DNA from: Nageia nagi | Lineage: Eukaryota > Plantae > Pinophyta | Length of the DNA: 64,000 nt | Direction of reading: 5' to 3' | Assembly (NCBI GenBank): GCA_050084985.1 | Contig: JBITNC010000001.1 | Location: 183,892,001-183,956,000, forward strand | Shown here: positions 52,991 to 64,000 of the stretch, piece by piece | How positions within the stretch are numbered: position 1 is the stretch's first letter | Layout of the letters: each line of letters opens with the position of its first letter | Translations under genes and position numbers: made by a program | The notes under the pieces: model-generated | Seen by the model: only the letters and a program-made list of their open reading frames with translations | What the model was told of the DNA's origin: nothing | Database searches by the model: none

Positions 52991-55051
52991 CTAGAACAAC
53001 TAAAAATTGATATCGCAGACGTTGCTAAACACAGAAACCAGGCATTCCCAGATAGTGAAATCAATTTTGAGGATTGTATCTCAAGAGATCTGTCGTTTTT
53101 CTTGGAGCTTGCTGATGTTCAACAGAATTATGCTTCCATCAAGGTATTCCTAAACATGTTTTGAAATAATAACTTCACCTCCCCTACTTGTTCTTTTAAG
53201 AGTGTAAAACAGTTTGTTGGTGCACTGAGTCAAAACGCGAAGAAAAATATAATAAGTTATCGAGTTTTCTAGAATAGAAAAAATTAAAAAACAAAATATC
53301 AAAATATAAGATTGAAACAAAAGTACAAGATGATAATGAACTATTAGACTTATTTCAATATGTTTTTTTTTTTTTTCCGATGAAATTATTTTTGTGAGTC
53401 AAGTTCTTGAAATTAGATTTCGTGTTTGAAGGTTTCTTTTTTATCAAAGTTACATGGGAGTCACATTCAATTTCATCCACGTCAACAGGTCACCCATCGA
53501 TTGGACTTAGTATATCAACATGATGTGAGGGGGGAGAGTTTTGAATTGGGACGTCCCTTTTGCAACTTGAGAGTTTTACATAGGTTTTATTTATAATATG
53601 TGCATTTGGTTTACTCAATTAGGTGGTTTAATCTTATCTTTATTGTTACTTATAAAGATAGATTAAAAATATCTTTATAATAATTTTAATTTTATTATAG
53701 TAATGTTTTAGTAGAAAGTTTTAGTAAAGAGGATAAGCATTTTTTATAAATGAATAAGTATGATAATTTGACATGATCAATTTTAAAATATATTTTATGA
53801 TTAATAGATAATAATAAAGATTATCGTAGATAAATGTGTAGCATGTATAAATGATATTGAAAAGCAAATAATAGAGAAATTGATAAATAAAATGGCAATA
53901 ATGTTATTAAGATCCACAATACAAAGAATACTACATGTATCTCATGAAAAAGAAAAAGGACTAACATGAAAGGAATTATGACAAAAAGTATGATACTTTA
54001 ATGATTCAAAAAGTATGAAGTATGACAAAAAGTTTTGATACTTCAAATTTTAATTCTACATTTATTATAAAAGAGGTGGGATATTTCAAGTTCTTAATTT
54101 ATTTTTTACTATTTACATTTTGAGTTTTTCTATCTTATTGATTTTTCTTGCATTTGAATTATAGATATTAAATTTTGATTCTTGTAATTGAAAAAATATA
54201 AAATTTAGGAATTTAAAATGATTTATTATTTGGAGGAAAATAATAATAACATAAATCTAAATTTTATAAGACAAAGTTGGTTAACCCAAGTTTAGATCAT
54301 GTTTCAAGTATAAATAGTAAGTTCAAGATCATTTCAAATGATCAATTCTTGGGTGATCAAACATCAATCTTCTCGATAGATAAAGATTTGAATTGTTAAT
54401 CTCTTGAAATGCAATACCTCCATGATTATCAATAAGAGAATTTCTTGAAGAAGATATTGCTACCACCTTATGTTGTATCAAAAGATATTTTATGCCTAAA
54501 TTAAGAGTTTTGATTTGAATCAAAGTAAGCAAATTTAGAACCAAAGTCATGAAGTCATCTAATAATCAACACAACTTTCAAACTTGTAAAATTATCAAAG
54601 ATTGGATTACCGTAGGTCCTACATATGATTATAGGATTGTATCATTCTTATTTCCATGATATTTGCTTCTAACTTCAACCTTTAAGCTCATTGTAACCTT
54701 GATTTATTCATTTTAGGTATCAAATAGATGTTTTTGTGTTATTTATTTATTTTTATCCACTAACTTATGGATGGATCTTGACTGTCATTAAGTTTGATCC
54801 CAACCTCCTAAAATTCTAGGATAAGCATTAAAACCCTTTCAAAACCCTAGTTTGTAAGAATCATTTGGGAGAGGTTAGGATGCTTTACTAAGGGGTTTTA
54901 TTCATCCAAATCAAGTACATAAAGTATTATTTTTAACATTTCATGCTGATATATGTTAAATATAAGACTAGTATACATATTTTCTTCAATGTTTGTATAG
55001 ATCTCTTATGTTCCTATGTCTTGAAAGTGCATCATTTTATTATGTGTTTCT

Positions 55052-55067
55052 ACACACACACACACAC
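55052..55067. repeat. (AC)8 microsatellite
   Basis: ACACACACACACACAC. Confidence 0.9.
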
Positions 55068-56169
55068 TAGATTAAATATTAATTTGTAGGCTTAATATCG
55101 TAAATTACTTTTATTTTATCTAGTTTTTTTTATGAACTATTGTTATAATACACAACAAATAAGTATTCAAACATAGGGACTGTAGTGTGTAATATACATA
55201 TTTTAATTCTTATCTAACATCCTTTGTTCAAATAATGTAACAAAGGGTACAATAGTTTATATTTTAATCTTTGATTTCCAATATAACCTCAAATGGTAAA
55301 AATAATTAAACAACCTAAATAATATGGGTTCTTATAAATTGAATAGATACTAGATCAAAAGAACATACAAAAGGAAAATAATAGTGAAAATAAACACATA
55401 AGGAGGGACAAGCATAATACTTCTAAGGATAAAAAAGTGAAATGGTAAAGAGATCTACAACTTTTCCTTGTGCTTCTATTTAAGAGTACCCAACCATGTT
55501 GATTCAATGATCTTTGATTTTCTACGCTAGTATGATTCCCCACTCCTTATTTCTAACACTAATGCAATTATATCTCCACTCTTGCTTGTTGATGCTCATT
55601 TAGTATTTGATAATGTTATTTAGACAAAATCATAATTAATATTTCATGCTCATACCCTCATACTAATTCATCATTGAAATTTTGTTCATTTCAATCGCTA
55701 ATACCTCCCTATTATTGGTAATGCATAAACATTCATTTTTGTTATTAATATCTCCCTCTTACCAGTGGTTGGACATGAATACATATTCTTGCTTTTGAAT
55801 TTGAGGAGATTTGGATTTTTTTGTAGCTCTTGTAGTATCTTGAAGTTTTCAATCTAAATGAATTTTTGGTCTTTGAATCATTATTCTTTATGGTTAGTTT
55901 AGTGATATGCTATGATGCTTCTATCTTCCTTCAATTAAGCATTTTATAATAATGGTATAAAAATATTTGAGAATCTAGTATAGAAAAAATTTCATACTTT
56001 TAAAAATTTCATTCTTAGTTGTCATAGACTTGATGTGTTTTATTATGAAATATGCTTCATGGTGACTTCCTTCCTGGGTCTTCTCTTGAAATCAATGGAG
56101 GTGCAAATCAAAACTATTGAAATTAAAAAAAATGTTAAGGTCAAAATGTCCTAAATAATTTATCATGAC

Positions 56170-56250
56170 TCCTTTTTTATTTAAAATCAATAAAATATCA
56201 CATTCCCTCCTTTTATTTAAAATAAATAAAATGTCACATTCCCTCCTTTT
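56170..56250. repeat. ~36-bp tandem duplication
   Basis: TTTTATTTAAAAT.AATAAAAT.TCACATTCCCTCC x2. Confidence 0.85.
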
Positions 56251-57289
56251 TCATGTAAATTCAAATCATTGAAATTGAATTGGTTTTTTTTAAATGCTTA
56301 TATTCTTAAAAATAATGTTATCCAAGTATTCAAAATTTTAATAATGTAAACCTATATATATTTCAAGAGGTGATATTTGATCAATTAATGCAATAAAAGA
56401 GATTTACTTTTCAAAACTATTTAATTTATCTTTCTTTTATCAATTGGTAAATTCTAGTTTAAATGAAGATATTATGACTTATAATAAAAAAATCCTCTTA
56501 ACATTCTTGATGATCCTTCTTAATTGCTCGAGACCTGTAGCAAATTAAAGAAGATAAAAAAAATAATACTAAGTACAATAGTGATACATATATTTAAATT
56601 TATGTTCTACGTTTATTTTTAAAGTAATGATTGGAGGTTAGATATATCCTTAGTATCATAGAATAATATCATCCATCACATATAATTAAGTTCAATCTTA
56701 AGAATTTAGTATAATTAATTTAAAATATACTTAAAGGAGTCATGTATTTAAATATCTTAAGTAGTGTCTTCCATTAATAATTATTAATTGTCCTTAATCT
56801 AGGGTCTTAGGTAATTTTGGTTGTTACAAAATAACTGGTTAACATGATGTAATAACAATTTTCTCAAGAGATGCTAAAATAAAGAAGAGCATGTTATGGG
56901 CTCTTATTAACATGGTAAGAAGAATGTCCATCAAAAGGTACCCTCGAGTTTCAACACTCAACTTTAGAAGAATTGCATGATCTATGAGAAGAAAGGTGTT
57001 GAGTTAAAATATCATTAGTACAACTCTTTTGCATAAGGATCATAAAAAAATAAAAATATATGAAGAAAATATGACCATATTCTATAAATAATGGCTAACA
57101 AAAGCACAAGCAACTACAATAATGATAATGAAATAAATAAGAAAAATAATATTAATATAACAAAATCTACAAATTTTAACTTTTTTCTAACTCATTAGGA
57201 ACAACCCTCAACTACATCTACTTGATGGAATTGAAGGATTACATAAACCAAGATCTCTTTGAAGCTTCTCCAAAAAATCTAACATTTAT

Positions 57290-57729
57290 CTAGCTAGAAA
57301 AATTAAAAAACAATCACATAAAAGATAACACACCTTGTATAGTGGTTCCTCCAACTCTTGGGAGTACATCCACTTCGAACCATCATTCTATTACTTTCTC
57401 ACAAGATAACTCTCCTACAAATTCTCAAGAATTCTTCTATAATAATTCTTGTACAATACTCTTACAAAAGCATTCCTACACCTCTACAAGACAAGCATAA
57501 CCATGCTTCATCAAGTTACACAATGAAAGGGGTACCTCTCTATTTATAAGAAGAAACCCACCTTTTAACCTTATTTTTACCCTAAGATAAGGTTAAAGGT
57601 GTTTCTATATTTATTCCTCCTTCTATATTTATTCCCTTCATACTTTAAGGTATCTAAATATACTTTAAGCATTGAGTGAATTTACATTAAAGATAAATAT
57701 TACACAATATTACATTATAATTTCCAACA
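57290..57729 (-). mobile_element. Copia-family LTR (related to 42023-42504), probably solo
   Basis: Shares GTGGTTCCTCCAAC..GGAGTACATCCACT and the terminal TTCCAACA; left end approximate. Confidence 0.7.
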
Positions 57730-57739
57730 CTACTTGGTA

Positions 57740-58680
57740 TGTGGACTTTAATGCTTTCAAACATATGATTGATAAAAATTATTTGTTTATTTCCCTCAAC
57801 TAAAAATCCTATAATGGTCAAGTCATATTAGTTAATGATACACCTTATTCTATTCAAGGTGATGGAAATCTTATTTTTCAACTTAAACATCACAATTCTC
57901 ATATCAAAAATATTCTCTATGTGCCTAGTCTCAAGAGGAACTTATTATCTATCAATTAACTTATGGACAATAACTTACAAGTTTAGTTTGATCATGTTAA
58001 TGGTGAAAAATGTTATATCATTAAAAATGAGTCCAAGGAATCTCATATGATCACTCATGCTTTAGGTTTAGTGAAATTGTTCCTACTTGATATTGTTATA
58101 CTCAATAATCAAGATTTTATACTTCATGTTATAGATGCTACTTCACTTTAGCACCAATGATAAAAACATCTCAATATTTCTACTACCTAATCACTCTCTA
58201 GAAGAATAACATGGTACACATGTTTTCAACTTTCACTAAACTTGATATTATTTATTCTACTTATTTACTAGTAAAGAAACATTATGCTCCATTTGATTCA
58301 AGTAGACATATCGAGCTAAGGATCCATTAGATGTGACTCATACAAATCTATGTCAGCCCTTAAAGAATAATCTTAATGGTGACCATCATTTCTATATATT
58401 ATTGATGATTACATTCATAAAGTTTGGATGTAATGATTGGAAAAAAAATATTAAGGTTTCTCATTCTTCAAGAACTTTAAATCCCTTGTAAAGAATGAAA
58501 TTGATCACTATAATCATATCATCTACTTAGATTGAGGGGGAAATATACATCCAATGAGTTTTCATCCCTTTTGAAGTAGGATAAAATCAAGCAATTTTTA
58601 AGTACTTTGTAAACATCCCAACAAATGAATTTTTTGAGCAATGTAATTGTGCTATTATGGAAATAATGCATAATATGTTG
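57740..58680 (+). mobile_element. Heavily mutated copia protease/integrase fragment
   Basis: KNILYVPSLKRNLLSI-like, DVTHTNLC, FIDDY, GGKYTSNEF-like remnants. Confidence 0.65.
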
Positions 58681-61600
58681 AAATATACTAATAATTATTC
58701 CAGAGAGTCTTTTGCATCTCTTTGTTCTACTTCTACTTCCAGTATTAAGGTTGGTGATTCCTCTTGCATTTTTATGAAGGGAAAAGGGGATATTCTTTTT
58801 AGAGATGGTTGCATCCTTGATGTGCTTTTGGTTCCTGATATCTCCACCAACCTTTTTTTTATGTATCAAATTTGTAATACTAGTACTAGGAGGATTGTTC
58901 AATTCACACGTTAGGGTTTTGAGATTCATAATTTGCTAGAGCCATAATCACTTCTTGCACAAGGTGTTGTTGACAATTCCTTGAGACTCTATCAATTTGA
59001 GGGATTTGATAATACTGCTTCAAGTGTTGGTTTGATTACTTATGTAGATTTTGTGAGTAGACTTTGGCAGGAGTGGTTTGGGAACCTCAACTATTGGTAT
59101 TTGTAGTAGTTGCATTCTCATGACATGGTCATTGGCTTGCCTAAGGTATCTTATTCTAATGGTATTTTCCCTGGTTATGCCCTTGGTAATAAACATCAAG
59201 ACCCTTTTCCAAAAGGTAAATCTCATGATGCATATTCTCTTTTGGAGTTGGTACATAGCAAATTGATTTTTCTACACCCATCCTTTATAGGAGCTTGGTA
59301 TGTATTGACTTTCATTGATGATTTTTCAAGACGTACTTGGGTGTATTTTCTCAAGTACAAGAGTGATGCCTTTGCTCACTTTAAATTCTTCAAGGCTTTG
59401 GTTGAGAATCAACCTTCTAGTTGCATCAAGAAGCTTCGCATAGATAATGAGGGGAAGTACTTCAATATATAGTTTTTAGAGTTCCTTGAGAAGCATAGAA
59501 TAATTCATCAGCATTTTGTCCCTCACACTCCATAACAAAATGGAGTTGCAAAAAGAAAGAATGGAACATTAAAGGATATGGAAAATTGTATGATGCATTC
59601 CAGATACTTACCTCCTATATTTTGGGCAGAGGCATTCAATTGTGAGAACTACATTGAGAATTGCACTCCTCATCAGGAAATTAACCACATGACTCCTAAA
59701 GAGGCTTGGAGTGGAACCAAACTATATGTTTCATGCTTCAGAGTGTTTGGTAGTCATGCTTGGGCCTTCATTTCAAAGATTTAACGTAAGGCCTTGGATA
59801 AGAAGAGCAAGCCTCTCATATTTATTCGCTATAGTGAGTATATGAAGGGATATTGACTAATTGATCTTGACACCTATGATCTCTTTTTCCACACTCATGT
59901 ATATTTTGATGAGTGCCTTATTGATCCTCCCTCTTCATCTCCTATCTCGATCTTACCTAACTCCTATGACACATCTTTTGAGATCTTTTATGAGGAGGAT
60001 ATTCCTAAGGTTGTTGCTCCCATTACAGTTATTGATCCTCCTACACCTCTACCACCTGCATTTGCTACTATACCTCCTATTGATGTTGCATCTTCTTTTA
60101 CTAGTAGTATTCGCATGCCTAAATAGGCTCTCACTACACTTGAGGATGCAACACCTTTTATATAGGATCTCCCTCCTTCCCATAGCCATTCTATCAATTT
60201 CAGTCTAGTTGGTTAGGCACATTCAGGTGATCTATAGACTTTTGCAGAGGCTCATGGTATACTAGAGTGGGATGATGTCATGGAGGCTGAGTATTCTTCC
60301 TTATTGAAGAGTAATACTTGGGAGCTTATTCCTCTTCCCCATAGGAGGAAGTTGGCTGTATTTATATGGGTGTATCGAACTAAGTATGTAGTTGATGATT
60401 CTATTGTGTAAGGATCATCTTGTTTCCAAGGGATTTTCATAGGTTTAATGGATTGACTACTTTGAGACCTTTGCCACTATGGCCAAGATGGATTTAGTCC
60501 ACCTTATACTTGCTCTTATTGTTGCATAGGAATGGTCATTATTTCATATGGATTTGAAGAGCATTTTTTTGCATAATAATTTGCATGAGGAGATTTATAT
60601 GGTGCAAACTTAGTTTTATCTAGGATTCCTCACTTTTTGGTAGGCTTAGAAAATCTCTTTATGGCCTCAAACAAGCTTCTCAATCATGGTACGAGAAGAT
60701 GAACTTTTTTCTCCTCTCCATTTATTTTGGTTTTCCTCTGACCTTAGAGTCTATATCTGAAGACATGGAGAAGACACCACCTTTTTGGTGTTGTATGTTT
60801 ATGATATTATTCTTACCAACACCTCCCACTCTCACATTCAGATAGTGCAACAAGCTCTCTCTAAGAGATTTGAGATTGCAAACCTTGGACTTGCCCATTA
60901 TTTTCTTGGTTTTCAAGTGATATAGATAGATTTAGGGATTTTTATATCTCAATAGAAATATACCTTGGATCTTCTTCAATAATTTAGGATGGTAGATTGC
61001 AACCCTTCTCCAACACCTTTTCAAAGTGGGTTGATTTTGACTTCCACTTGCACTTCACCACTATGTGATACTACTTTGTATCACTAGTTGGTTAGGAGTC
61101 TTCTATACCTCATACATACTTGATAGGATATTTCATATGTAGTTGGGCTTATTTCTTGGTTTGTACAGACCCCTCATGAGTCTCATTAGTTGGCAACTAA
61201 GAGGATTATTCAATATGTGAGGGGAACTACCCAGTTTGGTCTATATTACATGAGAGGTGATCCAATGTTGATTGGATATATATATTCTAATTGGGTTGGT
61301 TCTTCTAATTATCATTGTTCCACTTCTAGCTATGTGTTTTATCTTGACACTTCTCCCAAAAGTAGCAGGGTATTACACTATCATTAACCAAGAAAGAGTA
61401 CAGGGCAATTATTTATGCAAGTTAGGAGGCACTTTAGATTCAATAGTTATTGAGGGAGTTTAGTTTTCCCTAGTATCATACCATAATTCTTTGGTGTAGC
61501 AATTAGAGTGTGATCCATATTTCATGCAATCCTATTAAGCATCAATGCACTAAACATATTAAGATCCACATGAACTTCATCCATCAACACATCTAGGATC

Positions 61601-62100
61601 GCATTCTCAACTTGGAGAACATTCCTATAAAGCAATAGATCATGAACATATTCACTAAATCCTTTGCATTGCCTCATTTCCTTGAGTTGTGTGGCTTGCT
61701 TAAGATGTAGGAAGTTGTCCTTAGGGGTGTTTATGAGGACATATTCCTCTCCATCCTCCTTATACTATGAGATGGTTTTTTCCCATGTGATTTTTTCATC
61801 ATCTTTTAGTAGATTCTTTGCACATATTGTACATGAGTACCCAATCAAGCCTTGTTTTCATGACTCATTTATGTGGATTGGCCACTTACATTACCTCCTT
61901 GTTCACTTAAAGGGGGTGTTAGAGTATTAAGTTCACTTAAGAGTATTTTATTATTTTTTTAGGTCTTATTATTTGTACAATTATACAATCAAGTTTGTTG
62001 ATTTTATGTATTTTGGACTTTCTCAATTTCATCCCTTTGATTTCGGATTTTTAGGTCTTCTTTTTCTATATCTCCATGATAAGAATCTTTGAGAACATTT
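58680..62100 (+). mobile_element. Degenerate Ty1/copia pol (pre-integrase, integrase, RT, RNaseH), PPT and 3' LTR from 61917
   Basis: YVLTFIDDFSRRTWVYFLKYKS, FWAEA, FRVFGS, LYGLKQAS, TKHIKIH; PPT AAAGGGGG then TGTTAG. Confidence 0.88.
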
Positions 62101-63689
62101 ACATATGACTTATAAATATTCTCATATTTTTTAATCCTAGTATTATCATGGTAATAATTATCATCACATTTTGCTATACTTTAAAAGGTTTCAATATTGC
62201 ATTATCTAGATCTTGGTTAATTATCCTACTTCATAATAATTTCTTATGAAGGGATTAAATTTTTATACAAGAGCTTCCAAAGTACATCAAATAAATATAT
62301 ACTAACCATTATGACATCTAGGGTTTAAAAAAATCATGCAAGAAAGAAGATCTAGATTTTGATTTTTTAAAATAATCTAGAGAACATTCCTTTCATGTCA
62401 CTCACTTGCAAACACAACCTATTAACAACTTTTTGATCTACTTATTTGAATCATATCGATGTGTATTTTTTTGTATCACTACATTTAATTTAAGTTATAT
62501 AATTTTAAGAAAAGTAAATTTATATTACTATTTGTATTTATTTATTTTGACTACATGCCTAATGAATGTTGTTAAATAGTGAAGTTACATAATTTGAAAA
62601 AAAAACTATTTAATAATGTCATTATATGTTATGAGTCTTTATCTTCATTTATAGTTGATGTTGTGATTGCTAAAGTTAAATAATTTAAACAAAGCGTAAC
62701 AATATTATGGTTTGTTGTGATAATAGGGATATAAGCAGTAGTCTTAAGATATTTTATTTAAGTTTTTATTAATTAACTAATAAAAACCAAATCCAAATAG
62801 AGAAGGTATTTTGTGTAATGCACCAATATATTCTATTGTTAAATCTTAAGGAAGAGAAATAAATATAAAAGAGGTTTTAATTCAAAAAAGTAGATCATAG
62901 TTGGGTGATATTATATTTGTGGGATCCTAACAACATTTTTGAGTCATGGTACTTAATTTCAGTTATCACTAAAAGGGTTATAAACTTGCTACAACAATTT
63001 TATGGCATTTTTATTGAGGAGTGCTTGGTTGTTTTGAGCATATCTTGAAAATCTCACTCATCCAAGTGATATCTATTAGTGAAGCTCTATTGAGGATAAT
63101 TAAAAATCTAGAATACTTGTACTATTAAAGTGTTTTGGCAACTCCATTGTTAAAGGAGATATAGAAAAGGTTTTGAGCTACTAATCTAGTGCATAGTAGG
63201 AGTAATAAAGGAGAAACATTTAAATAATTATCAAATATTGATAAAATTATGAAGAATAACTATCAAAAGAAAGTTAGGAATATTTCAACCCTTGTATTGT
63301 ATCAATCTTTCAAGTACTCTAAGAAACATAACAACATCATAACCTTGGTATAAATCATTCCTTTGGAGTATAAGAATAACCTCACTATAAATATCTCAAA
63401 CTCTTAAACTAAGATAAATATCAAAGCATAAGGTACAAGCTCAAAAATACACATAAAAACTACATCATACCCTCAATTTATAATAGAGGTACCATCCCAA
63501 TTTGACCCTATAATGATCAAGGAATCCATGGGAAAACATCCTAACCTAAATGTAACTCCCATCCATGAAATTAAAGCTTTAAGAGGCATGATTTTGACTA
63601 CCCAAAATGGAGTTTAATGCAATCTATTTTTTATTAGCCTGTATTAGATCAGTTAGTATCCCATGATCATGAAGGAATTAACACTAATA

Positions 63690-64000
63690 AGATAATTCCT
63701 AATCAACCAAGATCACATGAAAGCTCACAATTACATATAACAAACTCACAAAGCAATCTCACAACATAAGATGTAAATGGTTCCTCCAACTAGGAGTACA
63801 TCCACTAACTATATGTTTACTTCAATCACAAATACAACTCTCTTACAATCCTCCTAATCTCAACTCCTACACTTCTATCCTATAGCATAACTTTAATACA
63901 CAAATTGGTGTATGATCACAAAGAGGGAGCCTTCTATTTATAGGCCAAAATCTCTCTTTTGATTACCTTTTTATCTAATGTACAATAGCATGACATGCAC
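63690..64000 (-). mobile_element. Copia-family LTR (same family as 42023-42504), truncated by window end
   Basis: CCAAGATCACATGAAAGCTCACAA..AGATGTAA.TGGTTCCTCCAAC..GGAGTACATCCACTAACT..GCATGACATGCAC colinear with 42052-42341. Confidence 0.85.

Overview
AT-rich, CpG-depleted eukaryotic DNA from a land-plant nuclear genome. A gymnosperm-like genome is likely, inferred from the giant intron and the TE types. One intact host gene is present: a 12-exon GT29 sialyltransferase-like gene (Arabidopsis SIA2-type) on the minus strand, CDS 52990 (or 52960) to 7670, 450/440 aa. All 11 of its introns are GT-AG and frame-consistent when assembled by hand. Intron 2 is 40,019 bp (12595-52613) and holds a nested set of decayed TEs. 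(1) A two-LTR Ty1/copia element (13176-29268) contains two LINEs; one LINE carries a hAT MITE, and an intron-containing hAT element sits in the copia 3' LTR. (2) An L1 remnant is split by a gag/pol-less LTR-type unit with a ~1,060-codon accessory ORF, itself hit by a truncated copia. (3) A 2.7-kb palindrome is made of two LTR-like arms fused head-on at a tRNA-Met PBS remnant and flanked by a degenerate 5-bp TSD; this is the most unusual structure in the window. The flanks hold gypsy, LINE and copia remnants. I recognised no rRNA, tRNA or CRISPR.
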